Shown here in pieces: positions 33,857 to 43,893 of a stretch of DNA of 64,000 nucleotides; positions within the stretch are counted from its first letter, which is position 1, and each line of letters starts with the position of its first letter. Both the position numbers and the translations under genes were made by a program. This stretch comes from Desulfobulbaceae bacterium (GTDB lineage Bacteria; Bacteroidota; Ignavibacteria; Kapaibacteriales; UBA2268): NCBI GenBank assembly GCA_018335795.1, contig JAGXRP010000006.1, positions 22,129-86,128 of the forward strand. Reading direction: 5' to 3'. The notes under the pieces are model-generated. The model was given only the letters and a program-made list of their open reading frames with translations. It did not search any database and was not told where the DNA came from.

Positions 33857-34103
33857 CGAAAAGTTGAAAATGCTTATTGAGCAAGCCAAGAAATTGGGAT
33901 TTGCCGTAAGAAAAGAAAGTGGAACTTTTGAAAGTAGCTTTTGCAATCTAAACAACAAAAAAATCATTCTCATAAATAAAGATGATGATGATGAAAGCAT
34001 TATCAAATTATTTGTCGAAAATTTTTTAGAACTTGATTTGAACGATGTATATTTAATGCCGGCTGTACGAGATTATATTGAAAATTACAAGAGTAAAGAA
34101 TAA
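33837..34103 (+). CDS. Small conserved hypothetical protein
   Basis: VRKESGTF..SFC...K.IILINK and YLMPAVRDYIE pattern; coupled to neighbouring genes. Confidence 0.7.
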   Translation: MKNLEADEKLKMLIEQAKKLGFAVRKESGTFESSFCNLNNKKIILINKDDDDESIIKLFVENFLELDLNDVYLMPAVRDYIENYKSKE

Positions 34104-34105
34104 TA

Positions 34106-34858
34106 TTGCCGATTGAGATAGACCTAATCCAAACCTCACTGCTGCTGATAGCAGGATTTGCATCCGGTTTCTTGAATGTAACAGCCGGTGGTGGTTCGGC
34201 ATTAACATTGCCATTGTTGATTTTTCTTGGGCTTGATTCAGCTACTGCAAATGGCACAAACCGTGTAGCTATCGTCGTCCAGAGCTTGTCCGCAATTGCA
34301 TCTTTCAAATCCGACAAATATTCTGAATTTGGCAAAAGTATGAAATTAGCTGCCATTACATTGCCCGGCGGCATTTTGGGTGCTGTGACGTCATTGCAAA
34401 TGAACGACGATGTTTTCAATAAGGTTCTTGGTGTGATTATGCTCGTTATCATCATTTCGATGATTATTCCTACACCCAAGAAAGGCAAGGGGCAAGAAGT
34501 TCCGCCGAATTTTTGGACTTTTGCTGCAATGTTCGGAGTTGGGCTTTACGGAGGATTCATCCAAGTAGGCGTAGGATTTATGATGATGGCTATCCTGCAA
34601 AAAATGTTGAAAATGGAACTGACACGAGTCAACATGCACAAAGTATTTATTGCATTTATCTTTACAACACCGGCTATGATTGTTTTTATAATCAGTGGTA
34701 ATGTTAATTATCTGCTTGGAATAGTATTAGCAATAGGAAATGCAATTGGTGCATTAGTGGCTGCAAAAATTTCTGTGAGAAAAGGTGAGAAATTTATCAA
34801 AATTTTCCTTATATTATCAATGATAATTATGGCAATCAAACTTTTTGATTTTATATAA
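34106..34858 (+). CDS. TauE/SafE sulfite exporter family membrane protein
   Basis: AGGGSALTLP, ANGTNR, YGGFIQVGVG. Confidence 0.9.
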   Translation: MPIEIDLIQTSLLLIAGFASGFLNVTAGGGSALTLPLLIFLGLDSATANGTNRVAIVVQSLSAIASFKSDKYSEFGKSMKLAAITLPGGILGAVTSLQMNDDVFNKVLGVIMLVIIISMIIPTPKKGKGQEVPPNFWTFAAMFGVGLYGGFIQVGVGFMMMAILQKMLKMELTRVNMHKVFIAFIFTTPAMIVFIISGNVNYLLGIVLAIGNAIGALVAAKISVRKGEKFIKIFLILSMIIMAIKLFDFI

Positions 34859-35829
34859 TGAAAATAGTACTTAGAATATTGCGGATTTTTACAAAAAGGG
34901 CTTTTATTGGTGCCTTGTTATTTGCAATTGCATTATGGAGCTACACAAGTCTGAATACGAATTATTCGACTTATGTTGATATTCCGCTTTCAGTAAAATT
35001 GCCACCAACTCGTGCTATCGAAAAGGAACTGCCGACAACGATTTCGGTTGAAAGCCGTGGAACAGGTTGGAATTTGTTCAACTTATTATACCTCAATAAC
35101 AGCAAGCGAGCACACGTTGATTTGAGCGAAACCAGAATAGTGGATAGTGTATTTACAATCGGAAGGTCTGATTTCCTAAAAGGGATTGAGTCGTTTGAAA
35201 CTGTCGAGCTTGCAGATGTGATACCGAGCACTTTAACATTGCATACTGGGGAAATCGGCGAGTACATGGTTCCACTTGTTTCGATGATAGAAATAACTCC
35301 AAGAGAAGGCTTTTCAGTAGTTGGCGACATCAAGCTTACACCTGATAGTATCAGAATAATAGGCAATGATAAAATCACTTCACAAATAAAATCATGGAGT
35401 ACAAAAATTCTAACGATAGACGAAGTAAATAAACAGATACGAGGTACAGTTGAACTATCTGATTCATTAGGAGATATAATTAGCTTCAATACGCGAGAAA
35501 TCAAATTTTATGTTGATGTACAGTTAACTTTGGAAAGGACGTTTTACGATATTCCGATTGTTGTTCGTGATGGCACTATACCAAGAAATAGCAAGATAAC
35601 ACCCAACAAAGTTGACATCACAGTTAGGGGCGGCTTAGAGCAAATCAAAAATCTTGATGTTGAAAATTTGTCAGTATATTTGGATTATTCAACAATAGCC
35701 AAAGATAAATCAGGGATTTTGATACCTAATATAGAGTTCCCGATTGATATCGAAGTAATTCAGGTCAATCCTCCATATGTTTATCACATAATTCTATTAA
35801 AACAAACTAAACTAAGCAGCATTAATTAA
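34858..35829 (+). CDS. YbbR/CdaR-like domain protein
   Basis: N-terminal TM ending in W; repeated beta-rich YbbR-like units (PDSIRIIG, PNKVDITVRG). Confidence 0.75.
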   Translation: MKIVLRILRIFTKRAFIGALLFAIALWSYTSLNTNYSTYVDIPLSVKLPPTRAIEKELPTTISVESRGTGWNLFNLLYLNNSKRAHVDLSETRIVDSVFTIGRSDFLKGIESFETVELADVIPSTLTLHTGEIGEYMVPLVSMIEITPREGFSVVGDIKLTPDSIRIIGNDKITSQIKSWSTKILTIDEVNKQIRGTVELSDSLGDIISFNTREIKFYVDVQLTLERTFYDIPIVVRDGTIPRNSKITPNKVDITVRGGLEQIKNLDVENLSVYLDYSTIAKDKSGILIPNIEFPIDIEVIQVNPPYVYHIILLKQTKLSSIN

Positions 35830-36595
35830 GATTTTTAACAAAATCAACATAAAATTGCCTCGTAAGACCATCTTGGTGTTTAACGCTACCTGTCAAATCG
35901 CGAATTTTCATACCTATTGTAACTCCATCAACAACTGAAAATCTGAGAGCTCCATTGACTCTTCCACGATGATTCAGTAGTTTTGCATCTTCGTCTAAAG
36001 ATAAATCAAATTCCAAATTCAAGGCAACAAACTTGCCGATGGATTGTTCAAAACCGAAGTAAACGTCAGGCGAACGAAATACCTTGTTGGCTTCGAATGA
36101 ATAATTCACTCCCGAATGAAAAGACAATTCGCCCATAGCCCAAGTAAAACTCTTACTTACAGCAAGGAAAAATCCCGGTGAGTGGTCAACAAATCTATCA
36201 TTGCCATAAATGAAATTACCCCCGCCTTGTGAACGGAAACCTAATACAATCGCCGGTATATTAATTCTCTCGTCAAGAAAGCGATATTTGGCAGTAATGC
36301 CGGGTAAATTTTGCATTTCAGGTTTAGAATTCCCAATTATCCCGTTTCCACCATAAGCTATTCCAACAAGAAAAGATTGAAAAAGTGCATATGAAGCCTC
36401 TAGATATAAACCACCTAATGGCAAGAAATTAATGACTACGGCTCCATGATAAGCGGGCAACATACCGGCTGTAGGCAAGTCAACAATCAAATCCGTCTCA
36501 TATTTCGGGCTTGTACCCGCTTTGCCCGGAGATGAAGCTGAAACTGAATAAATCAAAGCAAAAAACATAACAAAAGTTAGAATAAATTTTATCAT
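35822..36595 (-). CDS. Putative outer-membrane beta-barrel (YjbH-like)
   Basis: Signal peptide, IVDLPTAGML motif, amphipathic beta-strands. Confidence 0.6.
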   Translation of the reverse strand: MIKFILTFVMFFALIYSVSASSPGKAGTSPKYETDLIVDLPTAGMLPAYHGAVVINFLPLGGLYLEASYALFQSFLVGIAYGGNGIIGNSKPEMQNLPGITAKYRFLDERINIPAIVLGFRSQGGGNFIYGNDRFVDHSPGFFLAVSKSFTWAMGELSFHSGVNYSFEANKVFRSPDVYFGFEQSIGKFVALNLEFDLSLDEDAKLLNHRGRVNGALRFSVVDGVTIGMKIRDLTGSVKHQDGLTRQFYVDFVKNLN

Positions 36596-36649
36596 TTAAG
36601 AATCGTCTTAGCATTTTATAACAATCAATTATTATGGAGCGACGCAACC

Positions 36650-37105
36650 ATGAAAAGTATAGTTTATCTGACTTTTGTAATAGCTTTTTCTTTAGCGATG
36701 AATAGTTGTTCAAGTTCTAATTATGCCGGCAATAGTGCAGCAGAGCCATTGACCTTGTTGCCTTCGGTAAAAGAACAAAAATCGGATTATATTACTTTTG
36801 CTGTTAAAGTAGTACGAAATCGTATTGTAGAGGGAGAATATTTGCCGAGTTCGGAAGATTTGAGAATACAAATCAGCGATTCAAACGGCAAACTAATCTG
36901 GAATTCCAACCACAATATGAATTTCATGATGGCTATTGGTAATGTAAAACCCATTAAAATCGGTGATACACATGAATACACTTTAGAATGGAACAAAAGT
37001 GATAATGACGGAAAAAAAATGCCTTCTGGTATTTACAATGCAAGATTGATTATCCCTGCTCAACCTAATAATTATTCCACAAGTTTAGCTTTCAAATTGG
37101 AGTAA
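36650..37105 (+). CDS. Lipoprotein with BsuPI/FlgD-Ig-like domain
   Basis: Lipobox MNSC; I.DSNGKLIWNS and LEWNKSDNDGK.MPSG.Y. Confidence 0.65.
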   Translation: MKSIVYLTFVIAFSLAMNSCSSSNYAGNSAAEPLTLLPSVKEQKSDYITFAVKVVRNRIVEGEYLPSSEDLRIQISDSNGKLIWNSNHNMNFMMAIGNVKPIKIGDTHEYTLEWNKSDNDGKKMPSGIYNARLIIPAQPNNYSTSLAFKLE

Positions 37106-37107
37106 AT

Positions 37108-38202
37108 TTGGCTAACCACGAATTTTTTATGCGCCGTGCACAGGTATTAGCCCAAAACGGAACTGGATTGGTGAGCCCGAATCCTTTGGTTGGTACGGTC
37201 ATTGTCAAAAATGGTAAAATTATTGCCGAAGGTTGGCATCACGCTTATGGTATGCCTCATGCAGAGCGTGATGCTATAAGCAAATGCGACGGAATTGATT
37301 TGACTGATGCAATTTTATATGTAAATTTAGAGCCGTGTACTCATCATGGCAAACAACCACCATGCACAGATGCCATTATAGAGAAAAAATTCAAAACTGT
37401 TGTTATAGCTTCAAATGACCCAAATCTGAATGTATCGGGCGATGGCAGCAATGTATTGCGAAAATCCGGTATAGAGGTAATCGAAGGGGTAATGAAAAAT
37501 GAAGCAGACTGGCTGAACCGATTCTTTTTCAAGCATATTACAAGCGGATTTCCATACGTAATCTTGAAAGCGGGTCAAACTGCTGATGGTTTTACTGCAC
37601 TTGATAGCGGCGAATCAAAATGGATAACGAACCTTGAGAGCAGAACCGAAGCACACAAATTGAGAGCCCAAGTTGATGCTGTAATGGTTGGCTTCAATAC
37701 CGCTGAAAAGGATAATCCTGAATTGACTGTTAGACATGTGGAAGGCAGAAATCCTTGGCGAATAGCGCTCGATAAAAATCTGAAGCTTGATACAAATTTA
37801 AAGCTATTCCAAACCGATGAAAAGCATCGAACAATTATTTGTTGTTCAAAGGAGATGTCTGAATCTGAAAAAGCAGCTAAATTGCAAGTTTTGGGAAATG
37901 AAATATTAGCGTCCGATTTAGAAAATGATGGTAAAATGGATTTAAAAGATATTTTAGAGAAATTGGAACGACAATATAGAATCACTTCAGTTTTGGTTGA
38001 AGGTGGTGCAACGCTTCATTCAAATTTTATCGAAAAGGGTCTTGCCGATGAATTGCAACTTTTTGTAGCACCAAAATTTTTCGGACACGGAATAAGCACT
38101 TTCGGGCAAATCAATATAAAAGGAGTAGAAGAAGCTCCTACTTTCAATTTAAAGCAAGTTCGGCAAATTGGAGATGACATACACGCAATTTACATAAAAT
38201 AG
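37108..38202 (+). CDS. ribD: Bifunctional riboflavin deaminase/reductase
   Basis: PNPLVG, HAE, LEPC..H.KQPPC, SKWIT, VLVEGG. Confidence 0.97.
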   Translation: MANHEFFMRRAQVLAQNGTGLVSPNPLVGTVIVKNGKIIAEGWHHAYGMPHAERDAISKCDGIDLTDAILYVNLEPCTHHGKQPPCTDAIIEKKFKTVVIASNDPNLNVSGDGSNVLRKSGIEVIEGVMKNEADWLNRFFFKHITSGFPYVILKAGQTADGFTALDSGESKWITNLESRTEAHKLRAQVDAVMVGFNTAEKDNPELTVRHVEGRNPWRIALDKNLKLDTNLKLFQTDEKHRTIICCSKEMSESEKAAKLQVLGNEILASDLENDGKMDLKDILEKLERQYRITSVLVEGGATLHSNFIEKGLADELQLFVAPKFFGHGISTFGQINIKGVEEAPTFNLKQVRQIGDDIHAIYIK

Positions 38203-38203
38203 C

Positions 38204-41200
38204 TTATTCGGATTGAATCAATTCAACTACAAAACTCGGATAATCTTCACTTCTTATATTACTCCTTCTTATGAATGAATCTTGTTTGCTCCGTGCTTCA
38301 TCAGCATAGAAACTACTTTTCGTCCTTACAATATATTTTTGCTCTCCGTCGGATTCGTATTGTTCAATTATCAATTCTGTATCTGTAATTTCATTTAGCA
38401 TTACCATGATTAATTGGGCTACATTTATATCATTGTAAGAACCGAAATATAGCAAGTATCGCTCATTTTGCTTCGGAATTGCTTGATTTGATGAAGTGTT
38501 CGTTTTTTCAGGGTTTCTGTTTGAAGCATTTAATATCATTTCATAATCAAGACAAGGCAGTGCTTTGTTGCAACAAGGTGATTCGACCAATTTTCCGGCA
38601 AGATAATATAAATTATTTATACGTAAATCTATCCTTCGGATAGTATCAAGCATATATAGAGATGAATCCACATTTCTTATATATTTGGGGATTTTAAACT
38701 CAGTCGGGTCGAAATAATTACCTTTGATGAGAAATATAATCTTAGCATTCTCAATTCTTGATTGCGGGTCGAAAGCTCCAACATTAGATACATTTGAGCC
38801 TAATGCTCGATTGTCGGGCAATAGGACTTTTCCTTGTTCAAAATAATCATAAAATGCAGAACCGAATTTTTTGGTATCAAGCAATCTCGTTATTAATTCA
38901 TGATAACCGTAATAAGCTCTGAGTTTAGATAATGTGTCATTATTCAAATTCAGCAAATCGCCGGATTGGATACTAACTTTTTTGAAAGTAACATCGTAAT
39001 GTGAAACAGATTCATGCAATACACCTTCGTAATACTCAACTTCATCGCCTATATACCAACCTCTCCTTACGGGGCGTTTGTCGCTCCACGCATCAAGAGA
39101 AATAATTAATTTCTCGTTTCCGGATATAGAGTCAATGATACTGAAAGCCGGGATGATTCTCCGATTGATAATATCAGCCATCATATCCAAGTTTTTGTCA
39201 ACAATTTTTGCGAATTTTTCATACTCGTAAATTCTGCTTTGGCGCCGTTCAGGTGAATTAGTGAAATATTGATTATTCCTATGCAATTCGACCCATTTGG
39301 CTTCTGAAAATTCACGTCTGCCCAATTTATTCATATCGCGTCTGAAATTACTCAAAGTGTTTACTTCCCAAAATCCAGTTTGGTAGTATGGTACATTTTG
39401 TTCATATCCGGTCATAAATTCAGTGAATTCGCAATAACAGGGTGGTTTGACAAAATATTCAGGTAAAACATAAACAGTATCATAAAAAACAAGATTATCT
39501 CCGGTACGCGGGGAAATATTCCATCCGCCATTTTTGGAAACTTCAGAATTCGCTCCTGCACCTGATAATCGAGCATTTGAGGCTTGTGAAGCAGTTTTCG
39601 GAGTTTGTCGGCGGAGCTTGTCATAACTCGAAACAATTGTGATTTCTTGGTCATATTCCATCATTGCGCCAGCTAATCTCGGATTAGTGATTAATACAGT
39701 TTGTGCATGTTGAACTTTCAATTTTCGGCCAAATACAATTAGTTCGCTGTAACTTGTGTCATATTGGATTTTGTGCAACTTTTCAAAATCTGCTAAACCG
39801 GATGTTAGAGCACTGACGATTCTTTTTTCGGTAGCAATTTCCCGCCCGATAACAACAATTGTATCACTTGGGATGAGATAGCCCGACAGCACCTTGACAG
39901 GTTCGGAATCGCAATCTAGCAAATTAAAATGCGAACCACCCTTGATGAAATACTGCTTACCGCCTTTTATTTCAAATTCGGCTTGACTCAAATCGCGGGA
40001 TTCTATCTCATTTCCATTATTATCAAACAAGCTGATTACAGGCATCCTAACAGGTTCATCGGGATTTGCAAGATTGATTAGAGCCACATTCATTTTGACT
40101 GTTGGCGGTTCAGGTGCAGGGCAGTTCATGAATTCGGGCAATGGCAATCTATATATGTCGTAGGAGCCTGCATTTGCGATAATTGTACCGCCAATTTTCA
40201 TCTGTTTGTCCAACTTCGAATCATAACGATTTGAACTAAAATAAATTAAATCTGGAGAGGACAAGCCGTGTGGCAAAGGAACTAAAGGAAATCTGTCATC
40301 GGAAAAAGAGTTAATTGTGTTGATGTCAGACCTGCTTTCATTCGCTTTTTCCCCAAGTAGTTGTGCATCATCAAGGACCTTAATTTCAAATTTCTTATAA
40401 TCAATTGCCAATTTGGTATAAAAAATATCAAAATCACCGGCTTTCGATTTCAATCTGTCTGATGAAAAGAGTAGATATGGATTGCAACACGAGCAATAAA
40501 TAAAAGGTGTACCTTCGTTTGATTCAGTATTTATGTTTTGTGCTAAAGTTTTGACTTCAGTCCAAGTACCATCGGCAAATCTAAAAGCGTAGAATAAATC
40601 AGCATTTCCGCCGGGAAATTTTTTGCCGCTCAAACTGATTCGCTCGGCAAAAGGGGCATTTCTGTCTGATGACCAAAGCAGCAATGTAACACATGAGCCA
40701 TCGGGCATTGTATCAGTAATTGCCGTCGGATGCGAATCCCAGAAAATCGAATTAATTGGTGAATCCAAAATTTTAAATTCAAATTTGCCTTCACGATTTT
40801 TGTAAAATTCAAATAAATCTGCACCTCCTACATTTTTAGATTCAGGGGAAAATGGTAAATTCAGATTTTTAGCCAAGTCATATGAAATGGGATGTGCAAA
40901 TGCTGCAAATCCTTTGTCCATACCAGTAAAAACGATAGATTCAATATTCTTGGTCAAGTAATCAACCATGTCTTTATTAAAATTGGACACTGGAAACATT
41001 GTTTTGATAAATGCTGAAGATGGGGAAACAGATAGTTCGGAAAAATCATTGTTAGAGTGTTCACGGTCGAAAGCTCCGCAAATATCGTATTCAGATGAAT
41101 TTTGAACGGGAGCAACTTCGCTTACCTCTTTGTTTGCATTAGGTCTGTTATTGTTTAAATTGCCTTCAGGATACTTGTAGATTTTGTTAGAACATGATAC

Positions 41201-41257
41201 TAACAGAATTATTAAGAAAATTGCAAGTAAAATGCTTGTAAATTTTACGCTATTCAT
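38204..41257 (-). CDS. Large lipoprotein: PD40-like propeller, Ig-like domain, divergent OmpA_C-like domain and SPOR-like C-terminus
   Basis: Lipobox LVSC; PD40-like repeats (WSSDR, INTESNEGTP, FSSDR..GDFDIFY, YFSSNR..GSYDIY); OmpA-like motifs (DAWSDKR, NDTLSKLRA, RRIDL); YLLYFGSYND..A. Confidence 0.6.
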   Translation of the reverse strand: MNSVKFTSILLAIFLIILLVSCSNKIYKYPEGNLNNNRPNANKEVSEVAPVQNSSEYDICGAFDREHSNNDFSELSVSPSSAFIKTMFPVSNFNKDMVDYLTKNIESIVFTGMDKGFAAFAHPISYDLAKNLNLPFSPESKNVGGADLFEFYKNREGKFEFKILDSPINSIFWDSHPTAITDTMPDGSCVTLLLWSSDRNAPFAERISLSGKKFPGGNADLFYAFRFADGTWTEVKTLAQNINTESNEGTPFIYCSCCNPYLLFSSDRLKSKAGDFDIFYTKLAIDYKKFEIKVLDDAQLLGEKANESRSDINTINSFSDDRFPLVPLPHGLSSPDLIYFSSNRYDSKLDKQMKIGGTIIANAGSYDIYRLPLPEFMNCPAPEPPTVKMNVALINLANPDEPVRMPVISLFDNNGNEIESRDLSQAEFEIKGGKQYFIKGGSHFNLLDCDSEPVKVLSGYLIPSDTIVVIGREIATEKRIVSALTSGLADFEKLHKIQYDTSYSELIVFGRKLKVQHAQTVLITNPRLAGAMMEYDQEITIVSSYDKLRRQTPKTASQASNARLSGAGANSEVSKNGGWNISPRTGDNLVFYDTVYVLPEYFVKPPCYCEFTEFMTGYEQNVPYYQTGFWEVNTLSNFRRDMNKLGRREFSEAKWVELHRNNQYFTNSPERRQSRIYEYEKFAKIVDKNLDMMADIINRRIIPAFSIIDSISGNEKLIISLDAWSDKRPVRRGWYIGDEVEYYEGVLHESVSHYDVTFKKVSIQSGDLLNLNNDTLSKLRAYYGYHELITRLLDTKKFGSAFYDYFEQGKVLLPDNRALGSNVSNVGAFDPQSRIENAKIIFLIKGNYFDPTEFKIPKYIRNVDSSLYMLDTIRRIDLRINNLYYLAGKLVESPCCNKALPCLDYEMILNASNRNPEKTNTSSNQAIPKQNERYLLYFGSYNDINVAQLIMVMLNEITDTELIIEQYESDGEQKYIVRTKSSFYADEARSKQDSFIRRSNIRSEDYPSFVVELIQSE

Positions 41258-41262
41258 ATGAA

Positions 41263-42120
41263 TTATCCGATTGGGTTAAACATTATGGAGACCCTCCTCT
41301 TGCGTGGTTCAAATGTGCCTTGCGATACATCGGCAACTACAAACACAAAAAATTTGCCATTGATTGCCTTATAAACAAAAACATCACCAATATCAACAAG
41401 TATATTTACAGCTTGTTGATTAACGTCGCTAAGTAATTTGTCAATTATAGCTTGTGAGGGGAATGGTACACCTGGTTCATTTGTAACGATTCGCCCGTTT
41501 GCATCAACGACATCAATATTTGTTGAATTATATGTGATTACACTAGAACCAAAAACACCATTACCATATTCCTTCATTTCTGTCAATGCGTCGGTAATAA
41601 GAGCTTTGTTAGCTTCAATATAATCACAAAACTCACTGGCATTTTCTGATAAAAATTTGGGATTGAGTCTTTGCAAACTGCCTTTGAATCTAAGCAATGT
41701 ACGCAGATTCACAGGGTCTGCCGATACAACCATCATATCTCCAACCAAGTCTTTATTAGCGGGATAAGTATCGAGAATTGCAGCAATAAAAGTCGTTCCT
41801 TCTAATTTTGCGGTAGCCAAAGCAATTATTTCGCTATCAGCAAAACGTTCATCATTAGGCAGTGTGCCTGAATTCAAATCTGAATTAGGGAATTGGTATG
41901 CATGAATCGAATATTCAGGAACGGGAATAAAAGTTGTATCATCAATTTGATTAATTCCCGGGTTGAATTCAGTAATCGTAGCTTCGCGTACTTTACATAT
42001 AATCTGGCTATCATATGGCTCGAGTGGGCAATCACAACAAGAATTTGTTAAAACAATCAACAAAATTCCTATTGAAGCAAAATATAAGCATTTTTTAATA
42101 TTTATCATGGTCATATTCAT
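41263..42120 (-). CDS. Hypothetical lipoprotein with Cys-rich N-terminus
   Basis: Lipobox TNSC followed by CDCP; operon spacing of 5-6 bp. Confidence 0.7.
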   Translation of the reverse strand: MNMTMINIKKCLYFASIGILLIVLTNSCCDCPLEPYDSQIICKVREATITEFNPGINQIDDTTFIPVPEYSIHAYQFPNSDLNSGTLPNDERFADSEIIALATAKLEGTTFIAAILDTYPANKDLVGDMMVVSADPVNLRTLLRFKGSLQRLNPKFLSENASEFCDYIEANKALITDALTEMKEYGNGVFGSSVITYNSTNIDVVDANGRIVTNEPGVPFPSQAIIDKLLSDVNQQAVNILVDIGDVFVYKAINGKFFVFVVADVSQGTFEPRKRRVSIMFNPIG

Positions 42121-42126
42121 CCTTAA

Positions 42127-43251
42127 TTAATACCCGAGAGTTATACCTAATCTGAAAAAGAACATGTTCACTCGTCTTTTGGAAGGAACATTTGAAAATC
42201 CCGACGTTTCGACGTATTCGCCAATTGCCAAAGACCTATAGCCAACATCGAATGATAAGTCAAACCAACAATATGGTAACGGAATATCGAGCCCTGCACC
42301 TAATCCCCAAGAAATTGGAATTGAAACATCAAATTTACTTTTATCTTCGATTCGGATTTTATCATTGCAGTCCTCGCATATGGCTACTCTAAACAAATCA
42401 AGTGTTATATCATCAACGGCAAGCCCAAACTCTCCAAATAGGAAAGGTCTCATACAGAAAAATTCTTCAAAATGCCATCTGCCGTGCAATAAACCGAAAG
42501 GACGATAAAAATCATCTCCGACAAATGAATTATAAATAGGCACTCCACTACTGAATACTACTCCCAAACCCCAATTTTCTGCTCGATACCCTGCGGCTAT
42601 ATCTCCAAAATAAGCCGAACGCCCTTCGTAAACTTGCTGAATCATGTCAATATCAGTTAGTTTTCGGTCGCGATAAGCTGCAATTCCACCGCGTAATTCT
42701 ACAAAATATGATTTATAGTCGCAATCGGGACAATGCAAAGTCGGCAATATCAATGGGCTACAATCACAGAATTTTGTATTAGTATCCTTGCAAGGGATAT
42801 TGATTTTTTCGACTGGGACTTCTCTAATTGCCAATGGATCGAGCGGATTATTAAAATTTTCGAACCAGTTGATATTTCCATATTCATTTGGTGGTAAATC
42901 TTTCAATTTGGGACCAACCAAGTCAATATCTTCTATTGGAATCATCTCTAAAGACTTTTTATCCGGTTGGAGTGAATCCAGAAATACAACATATTTTTGA
43001 GTTTCAAAAAGTTTGTTCTCAACTGAGCAATCAACAGGTTTAGTAACTTCCACTATTTTCAGAACAGTTCCGCGTAATGTATTGCTGTTTCGGATTGCAA
43101 CGAAATTACTGTCTCTGTCGAACAGTTCATTGTATTTATGAGTCGAAGATGACTTTATTCTGATTGCTTCGTCAGTGCGTTCAAAACTGCCGCACGAAAC
43201 AATCATAGCTAGAATAGAGATTGTAAATATTTTCACTAATTGCGTTTTCAT
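42127..43251 (-). CDS. Lipoprotein with Cys-rich linker and C-terminal small beta-barrel
   Basis: Lipobox IVSC; PCKD..FCDC..HCPDC linker; amphipathic strands ending FFRLGITLGY. Confidence 0.65.
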   Translation of the reverse strand: MKTQLVKIFTISILAMIVSCGSFERTDEAIRIKSSSTHKYNELFDRDSNFVAIRNSNTLRGTVLKIVEVTKPVDCSVENKLFETQKYVVFLDSLQPDKKSLEMIPIEDIDLVGPKLKDLPPNEYGNINWFENFNNPLDPLAIREVPVEKINIPCKDTNTKFCDCSPLILPTLHCPDCDYKSYFVELRGGIAAYRDRKLTDIDMIQQVYEGRSAYFGDIAAGYRAENWGLGVVFSSGVPIYNSFVGDDFYRPFGLLHGRWHFEEFFCMRPFLFGEFGLAVDDITLDLFRVAICEDCNDKIRIEDKSKFDVSIPISWGLGAGLDIPLPYCWFDLSFDVGYRSLAIGEYVETSGFSNVPSKRRVNMFFFRLGITLGY

Positions 43252-43826
43252 AATCTGACGCTCAAATTAAGTCCTACAATCAGTGAATTAATAGTATTCC
43301 GTACATCATCCTTATATAAGAAGTTTGCAGAATTATATGTTGCATTTAAATCAAGCATCATACAAGCATTCAAAAATGTAAACCCATACGCAAATCCGAC
43401 ACCGGCATTGCCTCCAATACCAAATTTATCTGTTTCGGGTTGGAAAGTATCGCTGATGCTCATTATCACTCCCAAATTAATATAAGGTATGAATTTCCGG
43501 TTACAGCTATTGTCTCCATAAATCGAGACATCCATAAGGTTGAATTTGACGTTAGGTGTGATTGCGAAATAATCAACCAAGTAGGGAGATTCGGCTGGCA
43601 GGGTCTCAATTCTGTCGAATTCGAAATATTCAATCTTAGCTCCCCACCAAAGATTGCAAAAATAGTGATTCTCGATTTGGAGATTGAACCCTATGCATTC
43701 GTTGTTTAAGTCTGCAAAATCTTGGGTTGGAACGTACATTGAAGGTCCTATACCAACATATAATTGGGCATGGACTGATGTGCAAATCAACACCAAAAAA
43801 CAAGAAATGAGAATGTATCTTATCAT
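43248..43826 (-). CDS. Small outer-membrane beta-barrel protein (8-strand OMP-like)
   Basis: SpI signal (VHA/Q); PYINLG and GGNAGVGFAY; terminal strand VGLNLSVRL. Confidence 0.7.
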   Translation of the reverse strand: MIRYILISCFLVLICTSVHAQLYVGIGPSMYVPTQDFADLNNECIGFNLQIENHYFCNLWWGAKIEYFEFDRIETLPAESPYLVDYFAITPNVKFNLMDVSIYGDNSCNRKFIPYINLGVIMSISDTFQPETDKFGIGGNAGVGFAYGFTFLNACMMLDLNATYNSANFLYKDDVRNTINSLIVGLNLSVRL

Positions 43827-43893
43827 ATAGTGTGAAAATAAGTGTTAGAATATTTAAAAGTAAATAATTAAAACATCATTTCAAAATTTTATA

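Noticed and set aside
42127..43251. Multiheme cytochrome or porin-cytochrome conduit in the Cys-rich operon
   Set aside because: CxxC motifs lack the following His; no CxxCH in any of the four genes
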